A stretch of 64,000 nucleotides of DNA from Escherichia coli (GTDB taxonomy: Bacteria; Pseudomonadota; Gammaproteobacteria; Enterobacterales; Enterobacteriaceae), in the NCBI RefSeq assembly GCF_024700885.2, contig NZ_CP117016.1; one strand, written 5' to 3'. Made by a program: the position numbers and the translations under genes. Below are positions 9,815 to 20,900 of the stretch, piece by piece (the stretch's first letter is position 1; every line of letters starts with the position of its first letter). Under the pieces are notes generated by a model. That model saw nothing but the letters and a program-made list of their open reading frames with translations. It was not told the DNA's origin and did not search any database.

Positions 9815-11622
9815 GTCTCCTGGCTTTCTGTGTTCACAACGGTCAGCATGTGGAATGAGTTAACGCTGGCGTACAGCGACAGAAAATGCGAAAGCACCGT
9901 ACCAAGCAGATACATTTCCCCTTCACAGACAAACGGCTCCGGGTGCAGATACAGCGTGGAGGCCAGCCCCCGGACGGGAATGCCCGTAAACAGGCGATCG
10001 ACAGGGCGGGTCTCCAGACGCTCAATGGCATCCAGCTTTTGTTGTGACAGCCGCGCCGTCTGCGGATGATGGATTGCGTGGCGATCAAAGTTGGCGATGA
10101 CCTGCTTCAGCGCGTCCGTATCCAGTAATGACAGATAATTCAGGTTCATGGCGGAGAGCAGGGACCAGTGCAGGCTGCCATCAATGACCGGCCAGAGCGG
10201 TTGCGTCGGGCGGGTAATGTTGCGAAATGAAGCAACAGCCGCATTTTTACCGGTTGTGCCGGTGATATCGCCGGAACGAATTTGTGACGGAAGCTCACGG
10301 TTGGTACAGGTCAGCGATACCGAAACCACTTCATTACTGAGCAGCGATTCGTCTGACGGATAACTGCCATCAGCATGTATAAAAGCAAGGGTATGATCAA
10401 AGCCGCGATGGAACAGGGATGTTTTGGTCCGGTGATGCCAGTACACCACTTCCCGCTTCCGGCTGTATTCCATCTGATGGCTGAAACTTTCAAAGGCAGG
10501 CCACTGGCGCGCGGCCTGCGTCGAAACAGGACGCCCCAGATCTTTTTTCCTGAACATATCCTGCACCTGGCTCACCACGCCGTTAACGGAAAAGACATCG
10601 TAATGTTCCGGATAGTGGCGGCTGGGAACCAGCGGATAGTCTGCCCGCCGGTTGTCCAGCGTGATGGCTTCTGCATGGTGGATAAATAAATTAATGGCAG
10701 GTGCGCAATACAGGCGCAGAGAATCGCGGCGCAGCCGGATGTCCACGGGCAATGGGCGCGAAAAACGCAGTTGCAGGGTAAAGGATTCAGCCTGCAATCC
10801 GTCAGGCAACGCCGGGCAACCACAAAGATCAAAAAAGAGAAACGCATCCGGGTAACAGAAATACTCCTGAAGGATCCGGTAGCCGCTGTGGAGGTTTTTC
10901 GGCCAGGGCAGCATGGCATCCTGCGGCTCAAAACCGACAGCTTTCAGCATAAACTCAGGCAGGCGAATATGCTGTTCACCCACAGTCAGGTCGGCACCCT
11001 GCAAGTATTCACAGAACCATAAATAAAGCTGGTCACGGGTATAGTTGTCGTCATTGCCGAGCCAGAAGCGAAGTTTGTTCAGATCCAGCGTGCGGAAGTC
11101 CGTTCCCGGTGCGACCGAAAAGGTGATGTTGATAACACCATTACGGGTCGTACTGCGGTTTTCAATCTGCTCCAGGCGAACGGGCAGCAGCCAGATATCC
11201 CGGCAGAGGGTGAAGGTACAGGGAGGCGGCTCCTCCTTTTTAGCATCGGAGGGCAGCACTTCATCGACTCTGATTTCCCCGGCTTTGGTTGTAAACTGCT
11301 CATTACGGGGGATTAACACCGGCACAGAAGACTTATCCATATCCGGCGTATATTCAATAAGGGTCATTGCCGGAACCGGACGCAGGTAATTAGGCCAGAG
11401 CATCTTAATAAGCCCGTGCGTCAGTTCTGGGAATTCATCCTCAATTTTCTGGCGGAGATTGCCGGTAAGAAAAGCCACGCCTTCCAGCAGGCGTTCAATA
11501 TCCGGATCCGCATCTTTTTCGGCCAGGAAGCGGGCAAGATGGGGTTTTTCCGTTGCCAGCAGCTTGCTGAGCTGGCGCAGGTAATCGAGTTCTTCCCGGA
11601 AATAGCGTTCTTCAAATTCCAT
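9772..11622 (-). CDS. tssF: T6SS baseplate protein TssF
   Basis: 616 aa; N-terminus MEFEERYFREELDYLRQL...LLEGVAFLTGNLRQKIEDEFPEL typical of TssF/ImpG. Confidence 0.85.
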   Translation of the reverse strand: MEFEERYFREELDYLRQLSKLLATEKPHLARFLAEKDADPDIERLLEGVAFLTGNLRQKIEDEFPELTHGLIKMLWPNYLRPVPAMTLIEYTPDMDKSSVPVLIPRNEQFTTKAGEIRVDEVLPSDAKKEEPPPCTFTLCRDIWLLPVRLEQIENRSTTRNGVINITFSVAPGTDFRTLDLNKLRFWLGNDDNYTRDQLYLWFCEYLQGADLTVGEQHIRLPEFMLKAVGFEPQDAMLPWPKNLHSGYRILQEYFCYPDAFLFFDLCGCPALPDGLQAESFTLQLRFSRPLPVDIRLRRDSLRLYCAPAINLFIHHAEAITLDNRRADYPLVPSRHYPEHYDVFSVNGVVSQVQDMFRKKDLGRPVSTQAARQWPAFESFSHQMEYSRKREVVYWHHRTKTSLFHRGFDHTLAFIHADGSYPSDESLLSNEVVSVSLTCTNRELPSQIRSGDITGTTGKNAAVASFRNITRPTQPLWPVIDGSLHWSLLSAMNLNYLSLLDTDALKQVIANFDRHAIHHPQTARLSQQKLDAIERLETRPVDRLFTGIPVRGLASTLYLHPEPFVCEGEMYLLGTVLSHFLSLYASVNSFHMLTVVNTESQETWKWTERTGQHPLI

Positions 11623-11625
11623 CTG

Positions 11626-12039
11626 TCAGTCCACCCGATAATGCTGGCTGCCATTCGGTGCCATATCAAATTCAAGCACTTCATGCGTTTCGTTAAATGT
11701 CACCCTGGCTGTAATATGAAACGTCATATCCAGCGGGCTGGCGGCGGATGAAACCACAGCCTGCACTTCAGCGTGTGAGATCCGGGGTTCATAGCGTTCT
11801 ATACATTGCGCGATGGCCAGACTCATTGATTCGCGGAAGTTTTCAGCCCCTGCAGGTTCATCAATGCCCAGTTCAGGCGCACCCCGGCAACTACCGGACC
11901 GGGTATTAAGAATGTTTCGCAGGTTCTGGCGAATGGACTGCCTGAGCGCATGAATACTGCTTCCTTGCCAGTTTCTGGCCGGTGAGGCTTCCATACGCTC
12001 AAAAAGAGAACCTGTGGTTCTTTCCCGATCCGGTATCAT
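11626..12039 (-). CDS. tssE: T6SS baseplate protein TssE (gp25-like)
   Basis: 137 aa; gp25/lysozyme-like pattern (ALRQSIRQNLRNILNTRSGS); between tssC and tssF. Confidence 0.8.
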   Translation of the reverse strand: MIPDRERTTGSLFERMEASPARNWQGSSIHALRQSIRQNLRNILNTRSGSCRGAPELGIDEPAGAENFRESMSLAIAQCIERYEPRISHAEVQAVVSSAASPLDMTFHITARVTFNETHEVLEFDMAPNGSQHYRVD

Positions 12040-12045
12040 GGCGTG

Positions 12046-13521
12046 TTACTCCCTGTCTAACCGGCCAACCAGGGATAGCTCAAAGTTTGCCCCCATAAAT
12101 TTAAAATGGGGCCGCACGCTCAGCGCGACCTGGTACCAGCCGGGTTCGCCTTCCACATCCATAACCTCAACTCTGGCAGCACGCAGAGGCTTGCGGCTGC
12201 GCACGTCCGCAGGCGGGTTTTCCTGGTCGGCAACATACTGACGGATCCAGGTATTAAGCTCCCTCTCTAAGTCGCTCCTTTCTTTCCATGACCCCAGTTG
12301 TTCACGCTGCAACACCTTGATGTAGTGCGCTAACCGATTGATGATGAAGAGATAAGGAAGCTGCGTACCCAACTTATAGTTGGTTTCTGCGTCTTTGCCC
12401 GGAAAGTGCTTCGGTTTTTGTACCGAGTTTGCAGAGAAAAAGGCTGCATTATCAGAGTCTTTACGCATGGTAAGGGTGATAAAACCCTCTTCAGCCAGTT
12501 CAAATTCGCGGCGATCGGTGACCAGCACCTCGGTTGGGATTTTGGCCTGAATCTGACCCATCGTTTCGAACAGATGCACCGGCAGATCTTTCACTGCGCC
12601 GCCGCTTTGCGGACCGATGATATTTGGACACCAGCGGTATTTGGCAAAACTGTCTGCGACATTGCACGCCAGCATCCAGGCCGTATTACCCCACAGATAA
12701 TCTTCGTGGTTCCGGCTGACATCTTCGTGATAGTTAAAGTTCTTAACAGGGTTATCTGTTGGTGAATAAGGCTGGCGAAGCAGGAAGCGGGGTGCCGTAA
12801 GCCCTAAATAGCGCGAATCTTCCGAGTCACGCAGGGCGCGCCATTTGGTGTAGGCCGGACCTTCAAAGATGGCATAAAGATCTTTGATATTAGGCAGTTC
12901 GGTCCACGAGTTCAGCCCCATAAACTCCGGGGAAACGGAGGAGAGGAACGGTGCGTGCGCCATTGCGCCCACAGCACTGACGTATTGCAGCAGTTTCATG
13001 TCAGGAGCGGTATTTTTGAACTCATAAGCGCCCAGCACGGCAGCGATGGGTTCACCACCAAACTGTCCGAATCCGGACGAATAAACGTGTTTATAAAATC
13101 CGGACTGAATAATTTCTGGGGCAAATTCAAAGTCTTCCAGAAGTTCCTGCTTCGTGACATGAAGCACGTTGACCTTGATGTTTTCACGGAAATCAACGCG
13201 ATCCACCATGGTTTTCAGTGAGCGCCAGAACGACTCGACCTGCTGAAAGGCAGGCGCATGGATGATGACATCCATCTGGCGGCTGATGCGTTCATCTATA
13301 TCTGCAATCATGCTGTCCACGGCCAGTTTATTGACCGGTTCGGCAGATGCAGTGGATTGCAGGATGCTGGCAATAAAGGCTGTCACACCCTGGCGGGCAA
13401 CGTCATAACCTTCCGAACCGGGCTGAATACGGGTCTGTGCCATGATTTGATCAAGCAGCGACGACGCCTGATCAGTCTGCCCGGCATGACTGGAAACGAG
13501 TTCCTCTTCCTGTAAAGACAT
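12046..13521 (-). CDS. tssC: T6SS contractile sheath large subunit TssC (VipB)
   Basis: 491 aa; size and sequence match the TssC family; follows tssB. Confidence 0.9.
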   Translation of the reverse strand: MSLQEEELVSSHAGQTDQASSLLDQIMAQTRIQPGSEGYDVARQGVTAFIASILQSTASAEPVNKLAVDSMIADIDERISRQMDVIIHAPAFQQVESFWRSLKTMVDRVDFRENIKVNVLHVTKQELLEDFEFAPEIIQSGFYKHVYSSGFGQFGGEPIAAVLGAYEFKNTAPDMKLLQYVSAVGAMAHAPFLSSVSPEFMGLNSWTELPNIKDLYAIFEGPAYTKWRALRDSEDSRYLGLTAPRFLLRQPYSPTDNPVKNFNYHEDVSRNHEDYLWGNTAWMLACNVADSFAKYRWCPNIIGPQSGGAVKDLPVHLFETMGQIQAKIPTEVLVTDRREFELAEEGFITLTMRKDSDNAAFFSANSVQKPKHFPGKDAETNYKLGTQLPYLFIINRLAHYIKVLQREQLGSWKERSDLERELNTWIRQYVADQENPPADVRSRKPLRAARVEVMDVEGEPGWYQVALSVRPHFKFMGANFELSLVGRLDRE

Positions 13522-13589
13522 ACTGAAAATCCTTCTGTTTTAGCTGTGTTTCTGAAACCGGGTTTTCGCCGTCAGTGAAGTACGCGCCG

Positions 13590-13841
13590 TCAGTACGGCG
13601 CGCTCTGCTGAAACTCACAAAGATGGATAATCTCATCCAATAGATCACTGATACGGCGATCCAGTGTTGTAATCAGCGCATCCACGCCATCCCGGTTGAT
13701 TTCACCGGACGGGCTGAAACATACCCGGTAAACCGCCTGCAAAATGTCTTCGTCAGAGAGGGGGTGTTTCCCGGAGATATTTTTGTGTGCCGCCATGTCT
13801 GGATAACCCTGTTTAATGAAATAGTGGTGGTTATTTCCCAC
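13590..13841 (-). pseudogene. Remnant resembling the 5' end of a divergent tssC allele
   Basis: 83-aa ORF in the unusual ~300 bp tssB-tssC gap. Its C-terminal half (GEINRDGVDALITTLDRRISDLLDEIIHLCEFQQ) aligns with intact TssC residues ~60-95 (PVNKLAVDSMIADIDERISRQMDVIIHAPAFQQ), about 15 of 33 identical by eye. Confidence 0.4.
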
Positions 13842-14331
13842 TCACCTGGCCGATTTCTTTAAGCAACTGCTCGCGGGACTCCTCATTTTCCAGCAATGCC
13901 TGGAGCTGGGTACGGAATGCCGGAAGGTTGCCCATCGGCCCCTTCAGCGCAGTCAGTGCTTCACGCAGTTCCAGCAATTTATTCACTTCCGGAACCTGCC
14001 GGGCCACGCTGTCCGGTGAAAAATCATCCAGTGACTTGATATTCAGCGCCACATTCAGTTCATCGTCCGTTGTGCTTCCCTTCAGCGTGGCGGGGACGGT
14101 AAAATTGAGGCCAATGGCTGCTTCAGCCATTACTGCACCGAAATTGTGCTTGTTAACGGAAACTGCCTGACGTTCATCCAGTGGGGATGTCTCCTGCGTA
14201 TTTCCGGTATCGCCGACAACGAGCATGTTAAGCGGAAGCTCTACTTCAGCCGTCTGGCCGTCCGTCTTCGGGACATAGGATATATTTATACGCTCGCGAG
14301 GCGCGACGCTGCCTTCAAATTTTTTGCTCAT
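13831..14331 (-). CDS. tssB: T6SS contractile sheath small subunit TssB (VipA)
   Basis: 166 aa; N-terminus MSKKFEGSVAPRERINISYVPKTDGQ...LNMLVVGD typical of TssB. Confidence 0.9.
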   Translation of the reverse strand: MSKKFEGSVAPRERINISYVPKTDGQTAEVELPLNMLVVGDTGNTQETSPLDERQAVSVNKHNFGAVMAEAAIGLNFTVPATLKGSTTDDELNVALNIKSLDDFSPDSVARQVPEVNKLLELREALTALKGPMGNLPAFRTQLQALLENEESREQLLKEIGQVSGK

Positions 14332-15027
14332 AAAAGTGATCCGTCATGTTATCTCGTACAGGCCATGAACACGGCATATTTGTACCGCAAAAAAATATCG
14401 GCAATGCCGCCATAATGGCGGTGAAAATAAAATCACCACTCCTTCATCACCCCGCATTCTACGCTTCAAAATAAATAAGAAAAGGACTTTTTATCGATCG
14501 TAAAGAGGGGTATTCTGCAAGCGTTAAATAGATTGTGTGAACCTGTGCAATTCGCGTCAGGTGTATTATGGCAATAATTTAAATATATAGCTTTTATGTA
14601 ACTTATTGAATTATACAATAATTTCATTAAACATAAGCTAATCTGATGATTGCTTGTTTATATATTTGTTTTGTGATTGATTAAGTGGGTATTTTTAAGG
14701 AATATCTCAAAAATTATCAAAATGATAATTCAGAAAGGATAAATACAATATTTATTCATGATTCAGCTTTGGCCATTTTATGGAGGCAATACGGACTTTG
14801 AATAGTTGGGTATGGTTATCCAGATATATATTATTAACTTATTGCTGAATAAGAGATTTAATGATTTTAAAAATAGTTTTTACGACAACCGTAAATTCTA
14901 GCTCGGTTTGTATGTAAAAAATACTGAAAAATGATGCGGTTCCGTGAAGTGAGCTGCATCTGCCTGTCTGGGATTAACGGCAGGTCATTGTAAGTAGTAA
15001 TTAACCACGTTAACAAGGAGTTTACAA
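14332..15027. promoter_or_regulatory. AT-rich divergent control region between the tssB operon and hcp
   Basis: ~700 bp with no convincing ORF, visibly AT-rich, flanked by divergent tssB (minus) and hcp (plus) starts; RBS aaggag precedes the hcp ATG. Confidence 0.45.
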
Positions 15028-15546
15028 ATGCCAACACCGTGTTATATCTCCATCACAGGTCAGACCCAGGGAAATATTACTGCAGGTGCATTTACCGCTG
15101 ATTCTGTCGGCAACATCTATGTGCAGGGGCACGAAGACGAGATGCTGGTGCAGGAATTCCTGCATAACGTTACTGTCCCGACCGATCCTCAGTCCGGCCA
15201 GCCTGCGGGTCAGCGTGCTCACAAGCCGTTCATTTTTACCGTGGCGCTGAACAAAGCTGTTCCGCTGATGTACAACGCACTGGCCTCCGGCGAAATGCTG
15301 CCAACCACTGAACTTCACTGGTGGCGTACCTCTGTGGAAGGCAAACAGGAGCATTATTTCACCACCCGCCTGACCGATTCGACGATTGTCGATATGAAAC
15401 TGCATATGCCGCATTGCCAGGATCCGGCGAAACGCGAGTTCACCCAGTTGCTCGAAGTTTCACTGGCCTACCGCAAAATAGAGTGGGAACACGTCAAGTC
15501 TGGCACCTCCGGTGCCGACGACTGGCGCGCACCGCTGGAAGCATAA
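15028..15546 (+). CDS. hcp: T6SS inner tube protein Hcp (TssD)
   Basis: 172 aa; MPTPCYISITGQTQGNITAGAF... typical of Hcp. Confidence 0.9.
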   Translation: MPTPCYISITGQTQGNITAGAFTADSVGNIYVQGHEDEMLVQEFLHNVTVPTDPQSGQPAGQRAHKPFIFTVALNKAVPLMYNALASGEMLPTTELHWWRTSVEGKQEHYFTTRLTDSTIVDMKLHMPHCQDPAKREFTQLLEVSLAYRKIEWEHVKSGTSGADDWRAPLEA

Positions 15547-15556
15547 GTTAAGCCAA

Positions 15557-15590
15557 CAGCATCCGGCTATTAGGCCGGATGCTGTTTTTG
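15557..15590 (+). terminator. Rho-independent terminator after hcp
   Basis: Inverted repeat cagcatccggc / gccggatgctg followed by tttttg. Confidence 0.6.
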
Positions 15591-15755
15591 TATTACGCCG
15601 TAAAAAGAAAGGTTGTCAGTAAGGGGTTACGTTCACGGGAGATGGCGGATGCCGGAAACTTCGGCGGTAGCGTGCCTGAACGCAAGCGTAACACTGTACT
15701 GTTACAGCCGCTTTAACAGCGAACTGTCTGTTTTTCCTTAAACCCGGAGGTTGCT

Positions 15756-17864
15756 ATGTCAACCGGATTACGTTTCACGCTGGAAGTGGACGGCCTGCCA
15801 CCGGACGCGTTTGCGGTGGTCTCCTTTCATCTGAACCAGTCACTCTCTTCGCTCTTTTCCCTCGATCTCTCTCTGGTCAGCCAGCAGTTTCTCTCCCTTG
15901 AATTTGCGCAGGTGCTGGACAAAATGGCCTACCTGACGGTATGGCAGGGCGATGACGTACAGCGCCGGGTGAAAGGTGTGGTGACCTGGTTTGAACTGGG
16001 GGAGAACGACAAAAACCAGATGCTGTACAGCATGAAGGTGTGCCCACCGCTGTGGCGCACAGGGCTGCGCCAGAACTTCCGTATCTTCCAGAATGAGGAC
16101 ATCGAAAGCATACTCGCGACGATCCTGAAAGAAAACGGGGTGACCGAGTGGAGTCCGCTGTTCAGCGAGCCGCATCCTTCCCGTGAGTTTTGTGTCCAGT
16201 ACGGCGAAACCGATTACGATTTCCTGTGCCGGATGGCGGCGGAGGAAGGCATCTTCTTTTATGAGGAGCACGCGCAAAAAAGTACCGACCAGAGCCTGGT
16301 CCTGTGCGACACCGTGCGTTATCTGCCGGAGTCCTTTGAGATCCCCTGGAATCCGAACACCCGTACCGAGGTGAGCACCCTATGCATCAGCCAGTTCCTC
16401 TACAGCGCACAAATCCGCCCATCTTCCGTGGTGACCAAAGACTACACCTTTAAACGACCCGGCTGGGCAGGGCGTTTTGATCAGGAAGGCCAGCACCAGG
16501 ATTACCAGCGCACACAGTATGAAGTGTATGACTACCCCGGACGTTTCAAGGGTGCCCACGGGCAGAACTTTGCCTGCTGGCAGATGGATGGCTGGCGAAA
16601 CAACGCAGAAGTGGCGCGCGGAACAAGCCGTTCGCCGGAGATATGGCCGGGACGGCGAATTGCGCTGACGGGGCATCCGCAGGCGAACCTGAACCGGGAA
16701 TGGCAGGTGGTGGCAAGTGAACTGCACGGCGAGCAGCCGCAGGCGGTGCCGGGACGCAGGGGTTCAGGTACCACGCTGAATAACCACTTTGCGGTAATAC
16801 CGGCAGACAGAACATGGCGGCCACAGCCGTTGCTGAAACCGCTGGTGGACGGCCCGCAGAGCGCCGTCGTGACGGGACCGGCAGGAGAAGAAATCTTCTG
16901 TGATGAACATGGCCGCGTGCGGGTGAAATTTAACTGGGACCGCTATAACCCGTCAAACCAGGACAGTTCATGCTGGATCCGTGTGGCACAGGCGTGGGCA
17001 GGCACCGGCTTTGGCAACCTGGCGATACCGCGTGTGGGTCAGGAAGTCATTGTGGACTTCCTCAACGGCGATCCGGACCAGCCGATTATTATGGGGCGTA
17101 CCTACCACCAGGAAAACCGCACCCCCGGCAGCCTGCCGGGAACAAAGACGCAGATGACCATTCGTTCGAAAACCTATAAGGGCAGCGGGTTTAATGAACT
17201 GAAGTTTGACGATGCGACAGGGAAAGAACAGGTCTACATCCACGCGCAGAAGAACATGAACACCGAGGTGCTGAATAACCGCACCACGGATGTGATAAAC
17301 AACCATGCTGAGACCATTGGCAACAATCAGATGATTGCGGTTACCAACAATCAGATACAGACGGTGGGTGTTAACCAGATAGAGACGGTGGGCAGTAACC
17401 AGATCATTAAAGTGGGCTCTGTTCAGGTGGAAACGATTGGACTTGTTCGTGCGCTGACTGTGGGCGTGGCGTATCAGACGACGGTAGGTGGCATTATGAA
17501 CACCTCGGTGGCCCTGATGCAGTCCTCGCAGATCGGTTTGCATAAATCGTTGATGGTCGGGCTGGGTTATGACGTCAAAGTCGGAAATAACGTTACCTTC
17601 ACCGTTGGTAAAACGAAAAAGGATGATACCGGGCAGACCGCGATTTACTCCGCCGGTGAGCATCTGGAACTCTGCTGTGGTAAGGCAAGGCTGGTGCTGA
17701 CTAAGGACGGACAAATTTTTCTCAACGGCACAAAAATTCATTTGCAGGGTAAGGAGCAGGTTAATGGTGACTCACTGTTGATTAACTGGAACTGTGCAGC
17801 CTCGAAATCCCCACCGAAGACCCCTGATGAAAAGCAGGATACGCCGGATATGAGAGAGTACTGA
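15756..17864 (+). CDS. vgrG: T6SS spike protein VgrG (TssI)
   Basis: 702 aa; gp27/gp5-like VgrG with the repetitive beta-helix region (VINNHAETIGNNQMIAVTNNQIQTVGVNQIETVGSNQII). Confidence 0.9.
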   Translation: MSTGLRFTLEVDGLPPDAFAVVSFHLNQSLSSLFSLDLSLVSQQFLSLEFAQVLDKMAYLTVWQGDDVQRRVKGVVTWFELGENDKNQMLYSMKVCPPLWRTGLRQNFRIFQNEDIESILATILKENGVTEWSPLFSEPHPSREFCVQYGETDYDFLCRMAAEEGIFFYEEHAQKSTDQSLVLCDTVRYLPESFEIPWNPNTRTEVSTLCISQFLYSAQIRPSSVVTKDYTFKRPGWAGRFDQEGQHQDYQRTQYEVYDYPGRFKGAHGQNFACWQMDGWRNNAEVARGTSRSPEIWPGRRIALTGHPQANLNREWQVVASELHGEQPQAVPGRRGSGTTLNNHFAVIPADRTWRPQPLLKPLVDGPQSAVVTGPAGEEIFCDEHGRVRVKFNWDRYNPSNQDSSCWIRVAQAWAGTGFGNLAIPRVGQEVIVDFLNGDPDQPIIMGRTYHQENRTPGSLPGTKTQMTIRSKTYKGSGFNELKFDDATGKEQVYIHAQKNMNTEVLNNRTTDVINNHAETIGNNQMIAVTNNQIQTVGVNQIETVGSNQIIKVGSVQVETIGLVRALTVGVAYQTTVGGIMNTSVALMQSSQIGLHKSLMVGLGYDVKVGNNVTFTVGKTKKDDTGQTAIYSAGEHLELCCGKARLVLTKDGQIFLNGTKIHLQGKEQVNGDSLLINWNCAASKSPPKTPDEKQDTPDMREY

Positions 17865-17930
17865 TCCCGTACCTGTTCGGTATTCAGTAACAAACAAGCA
17901 TTAAAAATAAACAGAAGAAGGAATTGAATC

Positions 17931-20900
17931 ATGAGCGGAAAACCAGCGGCGCGTCAGGGAGATATGACTCAGTATGGCGGTCCCATTGTCCAGGGTTCGG
18001 CAGGTGTAAGAATTGGCGCGCCCACCGGCGTGACGGACGGTGCCGGGCGGGAGTTCCGTCTGGTGCTGACCACGCAGGCGCAGCGGGCGGAAGAGGCCCG
18101 TAAACAGCACACCGCTTCCTTATTTTCCCCTGACACCCCCCGCCCTCTTTCAGCCTCAGCGTTCCCCGACACACTGCCCGGTACCGAATACGGCCCCGAC
18201 AGGGGCATCCGTCTTTCGGCGGTGTGGCTGATGCACGACCCGGCATACCCGGAGAGCCTGCCCGGTGCGCCACTGGTGCGGTACACGTATACGGAAGCCG
18301 GTGAACTGCTGGCGGTATATGACCGCAGCAATACGCAGGTGCGCGCTTTCACGTATGACGCGCAGCACCCGGGCCGGATGGTGGCGCACCGTTACGCGGG
18401 AAGGCCGGAGATGCGCTACCGCTACGACGATGCGGGGCGGGTGGTGGAGCAGCTGAACCCGGCAGGCCTGAGTTACCGCTACCAGTATGAGCAGGACCGC
18501 ATCACCGTCACGGACAGCCTGAACCGGCGTGAGGTGCTGCATACAGAAGGCGGGGCCGGGCTGAAGCGGGTGGTGAAAAAAGAACTGGCGGACGGCAGCG
18601 TCACGCGCAGCGGGTATGACCCGGTGGGGCGGCTTACGGCGCAGACGGACGCGGCGGGACGGCGGACAGAGTACGGTCTGAATGTGGTGTCAGGCGACAT
18701 CACGGACATCACCACGCCGGACGGGCGGGAGACGAAATTTTACTATAACGACGGGAACCTGGTGACGGCGGTGGTGTACCCGGACGGGCTGGAGAGCCGC
18801 CGGGCGTATGATGAGCGGGACAGGCTGGTATCGGAGACATCGCGCAGTGGGGACGTCATCCGGTATGCTTATGATAATCCGCACAGTGAATTACCGGCCA
18901 CGACAACAGATGCGACGGGCAGCACCCGGCAGATGACCTGGAGCCGCTACGGTCAGTTGCTGGCGTTCACCGACTGCTCGGGCTACCAGACCCGCTATGA
19001 GTATGACCGCTTCGGCCAGATGACGGCGGTCCACCGCGAGGAAGGCATCAGCCTTTACCGCCACTATGACAACCGTGGCCGGTTAACCTCGGTGAAAGAC
19101 GCACAGGGCCGTGAAACGCAGTATGAGTACAACGCCGCAGGCGACCTGACTGCCGTTATCACCCCGGGCGGCAACCGGAGCGAGACACAGTACGATGCGT
19201 GGGGAAAAGCGGTCAGCACCACGCAGGGCGGGCTGACGCGCAGTATGGAGTATGACGCGGCAGGACGTGTCGCCACGCTGACCAACGAGAACGGCAGTGA
19301 CAGCGCCTTCCGTTACGACGCACTGGACCGGCTGGTACAGCAGGGCGGCTTTGACGGGCGGACGCAACGTTATCATTATGACCTGACCGGAAAACTCACG
19401 CAGAGTGAAGATGAGGGGCTTGTCACCCTCTGGCACTACGACGAATCGGACCGCCTCACTCACCGCACGGTGAACGGCGAACCGGCAGAGCAGTGGCAGT
19501 ATGATGGCCACGGCTGGCTGAGAGAAATCAGCCACCTGAGCGAAGGCCACCGTGTGGCGGTCCACTACGGCTATGACGATAAAGGCCGTCTGACCAGTGA
19601 GCGCCAGACGGTGAAGAACCCGGAGACGGGGGAACTGCTGTGGCAGCATGAGACGAAACAGGCATACAACGAACAGGGGCTGGCAAACCGCGTCACGCCG
19701 GACAGCCTGCCGCCGGTGGAGTGGCTGACCTATGGCAGCGGTTACCTGGCGGGCATGAAGCTGGGCGGGACGCCGCGGGTCGAGTATACGCGGGACAGGC
19801 TGCACCGGGAGACGGTGCGCAGCTTCGGCAGCATGGCAGGCAGTAATTCCGCATATGAACTGACCAGCACATACACCCCCGCAGGTCAGTTACAGAGTCA
19901 GCACCTGAACAGCCTGGTGTATGACCGTGACTACGGGTGGAATGACAACGGCGACCTGGTGCGCATCAGCGGCCCGCGACAGACGCGGGAATACGGCTAC
20001 AGCGCCACGGGCAGGCTGGAGAGCGTGCGCACCCTCGCACCGGACCTGGACATCCGCATCCCGTATGCCACGGACCCGGCGGGCAACCGGCTGCCGGACC
20101 CGGAGCTGCACCCGGACAGTACACTCACAGTGTGGCCGGATAACCGCATCGCGGAGGATGCGCACTATGTCTACCGCCACGATGAATACGGCAGGCTGAC
20201 GGAGAAGACGGACCGCATCCCGGCGGGTGTGATACGGACGGACGACGAGCGGACCCACCACTACGACAGCCAGCACCGCCTGGTGTTCTACACGCGGATA
20301 CAGCATGGCGAGCCGCAGGTGGAGAGCCGCTACCTCTACGACCCGCTGGGCCGCCGGACGGGTAAACGGGTGTGGCGGCGGGTACGTGACCTGACGGGGT
20401 GGATGTCGCTGTCGCGTAAACCGGAGGTAACGTGGTACGGCTGGGACGGTGACAGGCTGACGACGATACAGACACAACAGAGCCGGATCCAGACGGTATA
20501 CGAGCCGGGAAGCTTCACACCACTCATCCGCATCGAAACAGACAACGGCGAGCGGGAGAAAACGCAGCGGCGGAGCCTGGCGGAGAAGTTGCAGCAGGAA
20601 GGAAGCGAGGACGGCCACGGTGTGGTGTTCCCGGCAGAACTTGTGAGGATGCTGGACAGGCTGGAGGGGGAAATCCGGGCAGACCGCGTGAGCAGTGAAA
20701 GCCGCCAGTGGCTGGCACAGTGCGGGCTGACGGTGGAGCGGCTGGCGGCACAGATAGAGCCGGTTTATTTACCTGAGCGAAAAATTCATCTTTATCACTG
20801 TGACCACCGGGGGCTGCCGCTGGCGCTCATCAGTACCGAAGGAGCAACGGAATGGCGTGGGGAATATGATGAATGGGGCAACCTGCTGAATGAGGAGAAC

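Noticed and set aside
15840-17741. Minus-strand ORFs 15840..16277 and 16968..17741 inside vgrG
   Set aside because: Antisense to a confidently identified VgrG gene; no independent support.
19083-20618. Long minus-strand ORFs inside Rhs1 (19083..19805, 19890..20618) and the duplicated equivalents inside Rhs2 (22954..23484, 24692..25882)
   Set aside because: Antisense open frames in GC-rich repetitive Rhs core DNA, duplicated only because the underlying DNA is duplicated; Arg/Pro/Ala-rich products with no start context.
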